Source: Octopus vulgaris (lineage: Eukaryota). From it: a DNA stretch of 124,000 nucleotides. The notes under the pieces were generated by a model. It did no database searches. It was not told the DNA's origin and saw nothing but the letters and a program-made list of their open reading frames with translations. The position numbers and the translations under genes were made by a program. The stretch covers positions 35,608,001-35,732,000 of the forward strand of contig OX597815.1 in NCBI GenBank assembly GCA_951406725.2, read 5' to 3'. Positions 1 to 15,455 of this stretch are shown one piece after another (positions within the stretch are counted from its first letter, which is position 1; each line of letters starts with the position of its first letter).

Positions 1-99
1 TTTTATATATTCCTCACGAAAGTTTGCCAACCATCTATTTATTTGTATATAGATATTTAGATGAACTTGCTAGTGAGATGAACCATATGTTAATCTAGG

Positions 100-560
100 T
101 AAGATGTTTTCCATTCGTTCCGAAGAAGTTCTTACGTTTGCTCGGACATCTCCAGATGTGTTGCCACCAGCATACATAATAGATGACATGTCACACGATT
201 TATAGATTCTTGTTTTAATCTCTAGTTTGAAACTGTTAATCCCAATCTTTAATGGTTTTCCTATCCATACCAGCGACTGCTTTGATTCTTACGAGGTGAA
301 ATAAATATCGAAGATGCTTATAGTACCACGAAGAAACTACAGGAGCTACTCGGAAGGTTTGGAAGCTCTTCTCTTAAATCCATTGCCATGTTGGAAACCC
401 TTCTGTATCATCAGCACGTATATCAGGGTCACAACCATTTCGCTTGTACACTTCGCATGAGTTAGACAGCGAGAACTAAGTTAGACGTCGCCTGTGGAAG
501 GGTTCTACCCGCGGTCTCTTGAGCTGGTTTCAGCTGTCATGACTATCTCCTTGGTGTTAA
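100..560 (-). mobile_element. Degenerate RTE-like LINE reverse transcriptase fragment
   Basis: Minus-strand translation gives a decayed ADD motif and KTRIYKSCDMSSIMYA, similar to the RTE post-RT region; frameshifts and stops present. Confidence 0.5.
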
Positions 561-760
561 CGATTTTGTCATATATTTTGGTAGACATATTTATCGATGG
601 CGGTAAAACGTAGTAAAAACTGTTTCAGTATACAAAAGGAAGGGAAAGTACTCAATACATGCTGTAGAGTAGGTTCCCAGATGATTATTTCGCTCCGACT
701 ATACCCTAGTCAGCATATCTCGCAACGTGCAATATTAAACAAAACAAAACTGTGTACGCG

Positions 761-796
<36 letters not shown>

Positions 797-1847
797 CTCT
801 TGCTCTCTCTCTCTCTCTCTCTCCCTCCAAGCTTCCATACATAATTACGTACATGTCTACCTACATACATATGATCATACATCCGTATGTACATACACAT
901 TTATGATACTAATAAATTGATATAAAAGTAGACACATACACACATTCATGCACTCACTCACATGATTGCTCATATCCGTAAAATACACATCGTTTAAAAA
1001 CTTAGATAAGGAAATTTTGACCTCCCAATTACATATATACACATATACATTCAACACTCTTAACTATTTCATACATGACATACAGGCATACATACCCCAC
1101 ACACACACACTCACATAGCGTGCACGCATACACAGATTCTGGATTCCATAATTGCTCTCTGTCTGTCGCATAGATATCTACCATGAAACCAGTTCCAATA
1201 TGGCGAGGTTAAGCATTAGCCATTAGCGTTTAAGCTACCGTGTAGACAATCTTGTTTACATCTTAATGAATAATTTTCTGTTATTGTTGCGCGTCATCTT
1301 GGCAGGAAGAGGCGAACGACCTTCGATGAGTTGTTAAAAAGCAAAGAAATTGATTAGTTGCATTTTGATCCCAAGCTGCCGGAAGTCTCTCGAAAGGTCT
1401 AATTTATAATGGAACTAAATACATTAGAGTATAAGACTACATATTTATTTACTATTTAGAAATATAATCACTGCCAGGCTTCCATATGAAAGAAGCCTTG
1501 CAGTGATTATACGTAAGCGCTGCTTCCGCTCACACACACATACACACGCATACATTCACACGGTGACTGAGATTAACAGTTAATAGGCTGATTATTTTTG
1601 TTTGATTTGTATATTGTATCTCTTTTATCTTTTTATTTGTTTCAGTCGTTAAACTGCGGCCATGCTGGGGCACCGCCTTGGAAAATTTTGAGAACAATGA
1701 ATCGATCCCAGTACTTATATCTGATTTTATTTTAAGCTTGGTTCTTATTCTATCAGTCATTTTGCCGAACTGCTAGATTACGGGACGTAAACACACCAAC
1801 ACTGGTTGTCAAGCGACAGGGGAGATAAACACAGATACGCGCGCGCG

Positions 1848-1886
<39 letters not shown>

Positions 1887-2292
1887 ATATATACATATAC
1901 AACAGGACTGTTTAAATTTTCGTCTCCCAATTTCACTTAGAAACCCGGAACCATTTGGCTGGGAAGTAAACTTCTTATCACACAGCTTGTGTTTATTTTA
2001 GCAGAATACTTTGTTATAATTATTGCTGGCATCACTAATCGTTTATTCTAAATTGATGCATTTGGGATTTGAAAACAAAAAGGTATTAATTTCATACTCG
2101 AGAGAACTATCATGGGTATGGAACCGCCTTATGAGTGTGAGCACATACCTTCGCCATTAGAGTCTGACGAGTCAGCCGTAGGGCTGAGCCTTTATATATA
2201 CGAAACCATTGGTCACGCTATGGCCGGATATATACTTAATTGCATATAAATAAATTACTGTTCTATGCTTTAGAGTGTGCCTATTTTTCGGA

Positions 2293-2329
<37 letters not shown>

Positions 2330-2360
2330 ATATATATATATATATATTATACACTGGCGG

Positions 2361-2409
<49 letters not shown>

Positions 2410-2539
2410 CTCTCTCATGCACCAAATAGCAGTTGCTAAAAAGCCTCCATGAAGTGAAACCAAGTAGCAACACCAAATGGCGGTGCCCCAGCATGGCCAC
2501 AGCTCATAAGCTGAAACTAGAATCAATCAATCAATCAAT

Positions 2540-2603
<64 letters not shown>

Positions 2604-2612
<9 letters not shown>

Positions 2613-2985
2613 GTGAAGGGAAGAAGTGGAGCCGAACGAAGATTCTACAAAATTCCTTTTTATTATTTTCTACACATGTTTCAAAGGCTGCAAATTCCCA
2701 AATTCGGATTGTATAAGGAGACCATTCTGCAGCTTTCTCTTCAAGAAAATCCAGGTGCCATTTTTACCATGGGCTCCTAGGGAGCGTTTTGTTCGAAAAG
2801 CTTGCTGCGCATTTGTTTTGAGATTTTAAATTCCTGGATTTTCCTGAAGAGAATGCTGCAGAATGGTCTCCTTATTCAATCCGAATTTGGGAATTTGCAG
2901 CCTTTGAAACATGTGTAGAAAATAATAAAAAGGAATTTTGTAGAATCTTCGTTCGGCTCCATTTCTTCCCTTCACTAAATATATA
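2604..2985. repeat. Fold-back inverted repeat (~150-bp arms, 77-bp spacer) next to (TA)n
   Basis: agtgaaggga...aatccagg (2604-2755) is the reverse complement of cctggatt...cccttcact (2833-2985). Confidence 0.9.
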
Positions 2986-3131
2986 AAACTTCAATTATCC
3001 GCGCTAAAGCACGGGGGCGAAACCCCATGGTCGTAACCTCAACCGTGTCTTTTCTGGTGTGATTTTTGCTACACAGGTATCGGTTAAATTTTGAATAATC
3101 CATAACAAGATAATTCATTTATCCATTTCAT

Positions 3132-3187
<56 letters not shown>

Positions 3188-3895
3188 ATTATATATGTTT
3201 TGGGCATTATTGGCTCAGACTTTGACTAATTTAATACAATCGATTAAGTAAATATCCTAGTAAATAGTTGTTGTTGACTAAGATATATTCAGGTATACGT
3301 AGTTTGTCCAGATATCGTTTGAAAGTTATGAGATCTTTATATTTGACTTTGTTTTCGAGGGAGGGGGAAAACGAATGCATCGACCCCAGTACTCAACTGG
3401 TGCTTATTTTATCGACGCCGAAACGATAAAGATTGTTACCGCTAAGCATTTCGCCCGGCGTGCTATAAGGAGACCATTCTGCAGCTTTCTCTTCAAGAAA
3501 ATCCAGGTGCCATTTTTACCATGGGCTCTAGACCCCGAAAGGATGGAGCGTTTTGTTCGAAAAGCTTGCTGCGCATTTGTTTTGAGATTTTAAATTCCTG
3601 GATTTTCCTGAAGAGAATGCTGCAGAATGGTCTCCTTATTCAATCCGAATTTGGGAATTTGCAGCCTTTGAAACATGTGTAGAAAATAATAAAAAGGAAT
3701 TTTGTAGAATCTTCGTTCGGCTCCATTTCTTCCCTTCACTAAATATATAAAACTTCAATTATCCGCGCTAAAGCACGGGGGCGAAACCCCATGGTCGTAA
3801 CCTCAACCGTGTCTTTTCTGGTGTGATTTTTGCTACACAGGTATCGGTTAAATTTTGAATAATCCATAACAAGATAATTCATTTATCCATTTCAT

Positions 3896-3951
<56 letters not shown>

Positions 3952-4199
3952 ATTATATATGTTTATGTTTGGCATTATTGGCTCAGACTTTGACTAATTT
4001 AATACAATCGATTAAGTAAATATCCTAGTAAATAGTTGTTGTTGACTAAGATATATTCAGGTATACGTAGTTTGTCCAGATATCGTTTGAAAGTTATGAG
4101 ATCTTTATATTTGACTTTGTTTTCGAGGGAGGGGGAAAACGAATGCATCGACCCCAGTACTCAACTGGTGCTTATTTTATCGACGCCGAAACGATAAAG
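2712..4199. repeat. Tandem duplication of ~750 bp
   Basis: 2712-3440 is repeated at 3463-4199; SINE fragments lie at the junction and inside copy 2. Confidence 0.85.
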
Positions 4200-4897
4200 G
4201 ACAAAGTCGACCTCGGCGGAATTTGAACTCAGAACGTGACGAGGGACGAAATACCGCTAAGCATTTCGCCCGGCGTGCTAACGATTCTACCAGCTCGTTG
4301 CCTTGTTTCCGAATAACATTCTTTTCTATTCTAGGTACATGGCCCGAATTTCTGGGTATGGAGGCCAGTCGATTAGATCGATCCAGTATGCAACTGGTAC
4401 TTAATTTATCGACCCCGAAAGGATGAAAAGCAAAGTCGATCTCGGCGGGATTTGAACTCAGAACGTAAAGACAGACGAAATACCTATTCCTTTACTACCC
4501 ACAAGGGGCTACACACAGAGGGGACAAACAAGGACAGACAAACGGATTAAGTCGATTACATCAACCCCAGTGCGTAGCTGGTACTTAATTTAACGACCCC
4601 GAAAGGATGAAAAGCAAAGTCGATCTCGGCGGAATTTGAACTCAGAACGTAAAGACAGACGAAATACCTATTTCTTTATTACCCACAAGGGGCTAAACAC
4701 AGAGGGGACAAACAAGGACAGACATAGGTATTAAGTCAATAACATCGACCCCGGTGCGTAACTGGTACTTAATTTATCGACCCCGAAAGGATGAAAGGCA
4801 AAGTCGACCTCGGCGGAATTTGAACTCACAACGTAACGCAGACAAAATACCGCTAAGCATTTCGCCCGGCGTGCTAAAGTGTCTGCCAGCTCGCTGC
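4140..4897 (-). mobile_element. Head-to-tail array of tRNA-derived SINE family A
   Basis: Repeated gaccccgaaaggatgaaaggcaaagtcgacctcggcggaatttgaactc core; tRNA-like head at the right end. Confidence 0.9.
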
Positions 4898-5817
4898 TTT
4901 GTTTCTGAGTAATATTAAGAAGGGAATAAAAACGCATGGCCTGTTGAGGAAAAGTAATTGTGTTGCAATGCGATTATGTTTGGTGAACCTGGATTGCGTA
5001 TAGAGGAGAATCCGAGCCTTTCCTGACCATTTGTGTAGACCAGTGGTTCTTATATATATAAGATTTTATTGTTCGAATTTATGTGCAATGAATTGTTTAT
5101 ACTTCTACAATACGCAAGATACTGTAATTTTGGTGGGACAGTTCCTAATAATATTTAATTTATAAAAATACAGTTAGATAATTTTTTTATATACAGTAAA
5201 TAACTATGGAGGTCCAGTAAAGTTAATAAAGGAATCACAGGGGTCCATAGGCAAAATATGGTTGAAAAACACTGCTGCAGATAGTCAACGGCCGATGAGT
5301 TTGACGTGGCTATAAGTTCTTAGGACTCTACCCAGATACATACATACATGCATACATACATACACACGTACGTACGTACGTAGTGAATAGCTTCCTAGAT
5401 TCTTAGTCAAGATTCGAACCCCTACGAGGTCCTTCCTATTCTTCTCGGCACTTGCGCTAATTTTTCGTTTCTTAGCTGCCTTGACCTAAGTTTGACTTGA
5501 ATGGTTAATGAAAGAAGAGAAACTAATATGTATGTGGCAGTAGACTCTCAAAAACTCGTTCTTGAAGAAAAAATGCCGAGAATAATAGAAAAGAATTCGT
5601 AGAAAAATCTAGACTGAGTTTCGAATCTAGGAAGCTATTCGAGGTTGGTAGGTAGTGTAATCTTTGTTTTTAATGTTCGGTAATAATAAAAACAATTTTA
5701 CTGTAATCTTATGGGTTACTATATACATTTGTAGAGTACAAATTTATTATTCTTATACAAGAATGTTGTTGACAGTGACTTCGAAGTTTCGGCCAGCTAA
5801 GCAATCGTCGAACTGCA

Positions 5818-5900
<83 letters not shown>

Positions 5901-6759
5901 TGTATGTATGTATGTATGTATGTATGTATGTATGTATGTATGGATGGATGGATGGATGTATGTATGTATGTATGTATTATTATTTTTTTTAAGAAAAAAG
6001 ATAGAGTAGGAGTGTGCGATTGTTAATGAGCACATTACATGTGCTCAGTGGTGGACAACATTGACATAAGTACAATCCACTGCGTTAAGGGTGTATTGCA
6101 TTCCTGAGTTTGCCGCAGGGCGAAATCGTGTAATGAGGAATTAATTTTCTCATTGATTTTACAAACGGTTTTGAAAAAAGAAGAAAAGCTTCAGAACCTC
6201 TTTTAATTATGAAAATATTTTCAAGATGTAGATAGTACAATATATTTATATAAAAACATTTGAAAATAAATACATTAGAGACTAGGCATGACTCATAATA
6301 TTCTAAAGGGGTACGTTTTTACTTCGAAAGATGTTGACTAAAGTGTGAGGATGCGGGACACTATCTTCTTCCGTACAGTTTAATCATCATTAATATCTAG
6401 TTGATTAGTAAGGTGGCGAGCTGGCAAAATCGTTAGCACGCCGGATAAAATGCTTAGCGGCATTTCATTCATCCTTACGTTCTGAGTTCAAATTCCCCCG
6501 AGGTTGACTTGCCTTTTATCCTTTCGAACTCGATAAAATAAGTACCAGTTGAGCACTGGGGTCGGTGTAAATCGACTTCTCAACTCCTCCAAAATTGCTG
6601 GCCTTATGCCAAAATTTAAAATCAATATTTAGATAGGGCGTGAAGAACTTATCCATAGTTGTTTGATATTTATGGTGCATCATCCTCAATGGTGGAACTA
6701 TCCACTTTGTAGACACCACATATAATCTTTTTTTCCTTCCCGATTGCGGTCGTTATCAG

Positions 6760-8066
6760 CAAAAACTTAAATGCCCTCTGGTGCTACTATAGTGTGATAT
6801 CTACCTTACTATTTGTGATCTACCGTAAATGGCAATGCACTCTACCAAACAACCCACTTACGGCCTTCAGCAATTAATTCTAAGCTATTTAGTTGTTCAC
6901 ACTAGCACCATGCTGGCCAGAGACTTTTACTCAAGTGATGATGAAACGGTGTCTTTTTTTGAGAGAGCACAATCTTATTGACCAGGTAGGAAATGTGTCT
7001 CCTTGTCATAAATGCGGGACACAAATGAAAAAAAAAAAAGAAAGAGGATTAGAACCGGAGAATTCTGGCCAATATTGAGATGTCCAAATAAAAGGCGCCA
7101 AGCTCAGTTCGGGAAGGAAATCAGTTTTTGCACTATACCGTCTTAAATGGGAAGATGAATAGCAGATTGAATGTGTTAAAATTTTAGAATTATTGTCCTA
7201 TTTTATTCACGAAATCCTGATGAGTACTTTACTGGAAAGTTGCCTACTACTATTACAGACTGGTTTAATATGTGTCGTGAAGTTTGTAGCGTGATAATAT
7301 CACACCAAACGAGGAGTGAAATGATTGGTACACAGGAAAATCCTATACAGATCGACGAGGCATGGTTTGCTGGTTGTTGTAAATATAACTGTGGTCGTAT
7401 GTTGACTGGTGATCAACCTCCGAACTCAAAGGAATCTGATGACGAACTTAGAAGAACCATGGGGCATAAATGGCCCCTGAGTTTTTGGTCTGTAAAATGG
7501 GCTTGATTGTCGGTACTTTTATGTTCAACGAAGAGATAGGGTCACTTTGATTCCTATCATAGAACGTGAATGTAAGCTTAGCTCTATGAGTAGCCGTCCT
7601 ACCGTTGCTTAAAGAATATCGGCTATCAGCACAAAACCGTCAATCATCAAGTGTATTATATGGACCCGACATCAGGACCTCACATACAAGCTTTTGAGCG
7701 ATCGTGGCTTGAGGCCAAGATTGAAATATTCAAGAAAAAAAAGAAGCGTACCTACTCAACATTTTCAATCACTTTCGGATCATTATTGTTGGAAAATACT
7801 TAGGAAGAACGATGACCTGTTTACTGCTTTTTTTTAATGATATCAGATCAGTTAACAAACACTAAAATCAATATCTGATGATTTAAAAAAAATTATATAT
7901 AATGTGTTACTGATTTTGAATAAATTTTACACAAGCTGTTTGTTATACTCCTTTCTTCTTCTAGTATAAATGTTTAATGATTTTTAACATATTTCACATT
8001 ACCAACATTTGGTAGATATCATATCATGGTAGAAAATTAATGGCGCGCTTAAAGTAGAATTTCGCC
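6760..8066 (+). mobile_element. Degenerate Merlin (IS1595/ISXO2-like) DNA transposon
   Basis: Fragments PIQIDEAWFAGCCKYNCGR and GYQHKTVNHQVYYMDPTSGPHIQAFERSW match ISXO2-type DDE motifs; the right terminus ...tagaatttcgcc ends at 8066. Confidence 0.85.
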
Positions 8067-9164
8067 GACTTAGGATCTTACCACACTTGTGTGTTACTGA
8101 AATGTTTAACAAAATACTTAACTATTTAACATAGTGAGATGAATATTAGATGACTCACTAAAACCTTCATATAAATGAATAATTTTGACGTCAGTTTCCT
8201 ATCAGGGAACACATTTCAGTTGATCGTCAACAACGTCTCTCTTCTGTCTGCCATCCCTTCTCTCTTTTATGTGTGTGTTTGACATAAATACAGAAACGAA
8301 TACCTCACTAAACTAGAACATCAAAAGTCATGATTCTCACGATCCTCCAGTAAATTTCCCATAATTTTATAGGTTCCGAAATACCGCCAGAAAAACTAGC
8401 TGTGATAATAGGCCATCGATGTACACAGTCGTAAAGGTGCTTGACCTCTGCTTAGGATATTGCATTCATGATCACAAAATCTTGATTTCGATTCTACCAA
8501 CTTCACTTAAATTGATTGCAAAGAATATTACAAACGTTTTGGCATTTATAGAGGAAGGTGGGTGCTACTATTGTATATCCAACATCCATTATGTAGATAT
8601 ACTATAGTAGAAAATGGATGTTGGATATACAATAGTAGCACCCACCTTCCTCTACAAGTGCCAAAACGTTTGTAATATTCTTTGCAATCAATTTAAGTGA
8701 AGTTGGTAGAATCGAAATCAAGATTTTGTGATCATGAATGCAATATCCTAAGCAGAGGTCAAGCACCTTCACGAGTGTGTACATCGATGGCCTATTATCG
8801 CAGCTAGTTTTTCTGGCGGTATTTCGAAACCTATAAAATTATGGGAAATTTACTGGAGGATCGTGAGAATCATGACTTTTGATGTTCTAGTTTAGTGAGG
8901 TATTCGTTTCTGTATTTATGTCAAACACACACATAAAAGAGAGAAGGGATGGCAGACAGAAGAGAGACGTTGTTGACGATCAACTGAAATGTGTTCACTG
9001 ATAGGAAACTGACGTCAAAATTTATTCATTTATATGAAGGTTTTAGTGAGTCATCTAATATTCATCTCACTATGTTAAATAGTTAAGTATTTTGTTAAAC
9101 ATTTCAGTAACACACAAGTGTGGTAAGATCCTAAGTCGGCGAAATTCTACTTTAAGCGCGCCAT
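8040..9164. repeat. ~1.1-kb palindrome (~550-bp arms, ~22-nt spacer)
   Basis: Mirror ORFs 8419-8607(+) and 8602-8784(-) are nearly identical; the arms match out to tggcgcgc/gcgcgcca with few substitutions. Confidence 0.95.
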
Positions 9165-9826
9165 ATAAGCCCGCATAATTTTTTAATTCTTGGTTTCAGA
9201 AAACTTGTGTACTCAGAATTTGTGTACTCCACACGGGAATTCACACAACTATATATGAATATAAGTATACATATATATATATATATATATACATACACAT
9301 ATATATATATACACACGCGTATATTCACACATATATGTATACACACACGCACACACATATATATACACAAACAAACACACATATATATACACATATATAT
9401 ACATATATATACACATATATATATACATATATATATATACACATATATATACACATGTATATATACACATATATATATACATATATATACACATATATAA
9501 ACATATATACATATATATACATATATATACACACACATAAATATATATACACATACATATATATATATACATACATATATATATATATATATATACATAC
9601 ATACATATATATATACACATACATATATATATATATATACATATATACATATATACATATATACACATACATATATATATAAACATATATACACATACAT
9701 ATATATACACACACACATATATATACATATATATATACACATATATCTATACATATATCTATATATGTATGTATATATATACATATATATATAAATACAT
9801 ACATATATATACACATTTATACATAC

Positions 9827-9858
<32 letters not shown>

Positions 9859-9879
9859 TGATGTGAATAAACTTTAAAT

Positions 9880-12335
9880 TCCGTCAGTACGCAGTGAGTT
9901 TATGAGTGGGATAAATAATTTGTCCTGTGATGCAAGCTGGAGGTTTTTCAAAGAAAGAGTGTACGAGATTTGTAGTAACATTCTTGGCTTTGTTGTAAAA
10001 AAAAAAACACCAAGTTTGGTTTGACGATAATGATGAAGTTAATCTTATCTTAGAGGAGAAGCGAAAGGCAGTGGCTACATATTTCAAGGCTGTAAAAGCA
10101 ACAGTGCAGAGGAATTGGTGGTGTGATAGATGCGATAAAATCCAAGAAGCCTCAAATGCTAACAATTCTAAACTTTTTTACTCTCTTGAAAAATGTTTAT
10201 GGACCAGTTTCATCAAAGGTTGTGCCACTTCGGTGCAAGGATGGCACAGAATTATTAACAAATCCTAAAGATATTGTTGGGAGGTGGAAAGAACATTTTG
10301 ATGAGTTGCTCAATAGACCCACTGAAGTTGATCTCTCTTTTCTTGATAATATACCCGAGAGACCAATAAAACGTCTTATAGCAGAAGTTCCAAACCTGGC
10401 TGAAATAAAAGCAGCAATTAGGAAATTGAACAATGGAAAAGCCCCTGGTATGGATGGACTAGATGCAGTGATATATAAATATGGTTGTGATCATCTTTGT
10501 GCAATGCTGACGGATGTGATTCCTCCGGATTGGCGTGATGCAACTATTGAGATACTATATAAATCTAAAGGTGGAAAGGATGTTTGTGATAATTATCGCG
10601 GCACCTGTCTGTTACCTGTTGCTGGAAAGGTCCTTTGTAGGTTAATGCTGGATAGATTGCTTCTGCACATTGCTGATGAGGTTCTACCAGAATCGCAATG
10701 TGGGTTTAGGGATAGTAGTAGTACTATTGATATGATATTTTCGGCTAGACACTTGCAAGAGAAGTGCATCGAACAGGATATGGACTAATACCTGGTTTTC
10801 ATTGACCTAACAAAAGCGTTTGACTCTATCAATAGAATTGCACTTTGGGAGACCCTAAAAAGCTAGGATGCCCTGAAAAATTTGTGAGAATTTCATAACA
10901 AGATGGAAGTGAGAGTTAATGTTAGGGGTACCTTATCAGATCCAATTTCTGTAGAAAATGTTCTAAAGCAAGGTGATATTCCTGCTCCTGCACTGTTTGC
11001 TATACATTTCGCAATAGTCTATCAAATAGCTTTTAAAGATTGCCTTGAAGGGGTCTACATAAGATATAGGACAACAGGAAAACTGTTTAATCTCAAAAGA
11101 CTCTGTGCCAAAACGAAAGTTCTGCATTCTCACCATGTTGAGTTTCTGTGTGCAGATAATTGTGACCTGTTGGCACATTCTCAGAAAAATATGCAGCACA
11201 AAGTGAATGCGATTTCTGCAGCATGTGCAGTATTGGGTCTAACAATCAATCTAAAAAAAACTGTTGTAATGTACCAGCCCGCTCCCTCCAAGATGTATGT
11301 GGAACCTTTTATAACTGTGAATGGTCAAAGGTTGGAGACTGTACCTAGATTTAGTTATTTAGGAAGTACCTGGAGCACTGCTGGTCTTGATGATGAAATT
11401 TCATACAGAATCAGCAGGGCTAGTAATGCTTTTCGTAGGATTGATAGGCGTCTGTAGAAACAACATAATATATCTTCACGGATTAAAGTGAAGGTATGTA
11501 ACACATGCGTCTTCCCATCAATGTTATATGGAAGTGAGGCAAGGGTTGTTTATTGTAGGCAGGTAAGGTAATTGGAACGATTTCATCAATACTGTCTGAG
11601 AAAAATTTTGGGGATAAACTGAAAAATGTCCATTAATAATGTGGAGGTGCTTGAGAGGAGTGGCAGTAGAAGTATAGAGTCAATGATTTTGCAAAGACGT
11701 TTGAGGTGGGGGGAGAACATTCGGTAAGGATGAGTGATGAGCGACTGCCCAAGCAGCTATTGTATGGTGAGCTGGAAGATCGTAGGTGACCAGCGCATAA
11801 GCCTAAACTAAGGTTTAAGGATTGCGTTAAAATTGCTCTAATAAAGAGAGGAATTGCAGCTTGTAATTGGGAGAGGGAGGCACAAGACCGTGATGGATGG
11901 GGGAAGATAGTGCATGATAGTTGTTCAAGGTTTGAGAGGGAGAGAGTGAAGTATGAGAGAATAAGGAGGGGGCTTAGAAGGGGGGAACCTGTGGAAAGAG
12001 AGAGAGTTTTGCTTTTTATATGTGTGGCTTGTGGGCGGAGGTGTTTGAGTCGTGCAGGCCTGGTGAGCCACGAAAATTCTTATAGAAATCGACCCATGAT
12101 AAACAATGATGTGGCTATTAAAATTCATAGCAAAACGTGTCTAAAATGTGGAAAGGTGTGCCTCTCAGTTGGAGGTTTAAAAAGATATGTTAAGAGAGTG
12201 CATATGGTGGCACCTGTTACTCCTGCCAGCCAGCACAGTTGTCTAGTATGTAATAAAATGTGTAAAACACTGGCTGGGCTTAAAAGTCATATAAGAGCAT
12301 CACATGGCAACAATCATGAATCATGTCAGTAAGTC
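9880..12335 (+). mobile_element. Degenerate RTE-clade LINE (RT plus C-terminal C2H2-like fingers)
   Basis: NGKAPGMDG, DNYRGTCLL, ESQCGFR, FIDLTKAFD, KQGDIPAP, FLCADNC and FSYLGS motifs across broken frames. Confidence 0.92.
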
Positions 12336-12473
12336 TTCTTGGCAATGGTTTTTCTCGTGCAACGAGGATGCAGCTGTTATATGTATATATGTATGTATAT
12401 GTATGTATGTAAATATATATATATGTACGTGTGTATATATGTATGTATATGTATGTATGTACAAATATATATG

Positions 12474-12529
<56 letters not shown>

Positions 12530-12561
12530 AGTATATATGTTTATATATATATATATATATA

Positions 12562-13086
12562 CACACAAAAAAGATAGATGGCATGACAGGCCTCGACTAT
12601 TGGGGTCGACTAGAAAAGCTAAAACTCTATTCTCTCCAACGTCGTCGTGAGCGCTACATCATCTGCATGATGTGGAAAATATTCCATCAGCATTGCCCAA
12701 ATGATGTTGGCATCACCTTTAAGGTACATCCAAGGCTTGGGCCCCGTGCCATCCGCCCAAAACAAAAATCGCACTCTCATCTCATAACAACAATACGGCA
12801 CAATTATTTCACCTCAATTGGCCCCGCTCCCTTTAACATTACACCAAAACACATTAAAACAGAAACTGACCCTATAGGGTTCAAGAAGTCTTTGGACAGA
12901 TTCCTTCAAGAAATCCCGGATAAACCCCCTACACCCGGATATGTCTCTGTAAACAATAACTCTCTACTTGAGTGGGCCATAGTGCCCAAATTCTGACTTG
13001 AAAGACTTCACCAGGTGGTGCTATTAAGTTAGACATGGCCTGGGCCAATAATGGCCGAAACCTATCAAAGTATCAAAGTAAAGTAT
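12562..13086 (+). mobile_element. 5'-truncated CR1-like LINE copy with (ATCAAAGT)n tail
   Basis: Nearly identical to the 3' end of the element at 77583-80906. Confidence 0.95.
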
Positions 13087-13120
13087 ATGTGTGTGTGTGT
13101 GTATGTATGTGGGGGGGTGT

Positions 13121-13455
13121 AGAGGCGCAATGGCCCAGTGGTAAGGGCAGCGGACTCGACGTTGTAGGATCGTGGATTCGATTCCCAGACCGAGTGTTGT
13201 GAGTGTTTATTGAGCGAAAACACCTAAAGCTCCACGAGACTCCGGCAGGGGAGGGGGGCACCCCTGCTGTACTCTTTCACCACAACTTTCTCTCACTCTT
13301 TCTTTCTGTTTCTGCTGTACCTGTATTTCAAAGGGCCAGCCTTGTCACACTCTGTGTCACGCCGAATCTCCCCGAGAACTACGTTAAGAGTACACGTGTC
13401 TGTGGAGTGCTCAGCCACTTGCACGTTAATTTCACGAGCAGGCTGTTCCGTTGTA
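13121..13455 (+). mobile_element. tRNA-derived SINE family C (related copies on the minus strand at 20575-20877, 27061-27380, 27955-28215; plus strand at 102383-102610)
   Basis: tRNA-like A/B boxes (tggcccagtggt...ggattcgattccc) followed by a body shared between copies. Confidence 0.8.
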
Positions 13456-13479
13456 ACAGACGGAGTGCCAGGTAATATA

Positions 13480-13540
<61 letters not shown>

Positions 13541-13613
13541 GTATATATACATCTGTATATATATTTGTATATATATATATATATGTTTATATGTATATAT
13601 ATATATATGTATA

Positions 13614-13653
<40 letters not shown>

Positions 13654-13735
13654 TATATATATGTATATATATATACCTTATATATATATATATGTTTATA
13701 TGTATATATATATACCTTATATATATATATTTATA

Positions 13736-15083
<1,348 letters not shown>

Positions 15084-15086
15084 TAT

Positions 15087-15172
<86 letters not shown>

Positions 15173-15174
<2 letters not shown>

Positions 15175-15455
15175 CAGCTCATCCCATATGTTCTGTCCGA
15201 TTTTACCTTTTTTAAAATTGAATGAAATTTAATAGTATTTTAGAATGTCTAATGGAATTAAAATTATTTTTATGCATTTGTGTACATTTAAACTAATTAG
15301 ATATTATAATACAGAATAATAAAATTAAAATTTCTTTGAATAAAACCCTTTCTAACATGTAAGTATCCAAATAACATTTAAGGCACATAATGCTTTATGA
15401 GTACAAAAAAGGAAAGTCTGCAGCCGAAGCGACTCGAAACATACACTCAGAGATC
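15173..15455 (+). mobile_element. Truncated mariner 5' end
   Basis: TIR and HIMLYEYKKG start are homologous to the element at 45013-46275. Confidence 0.85.

Noticed and set aside
9152-9816. Long [12 protein letters not shown] ORFs (also 13342-14019, 70452-71100, 118553-120032 and many others)
   Set aside because: Translations of TA/CA/TACA microsatellites, which lack stop codons; no coding evidence.
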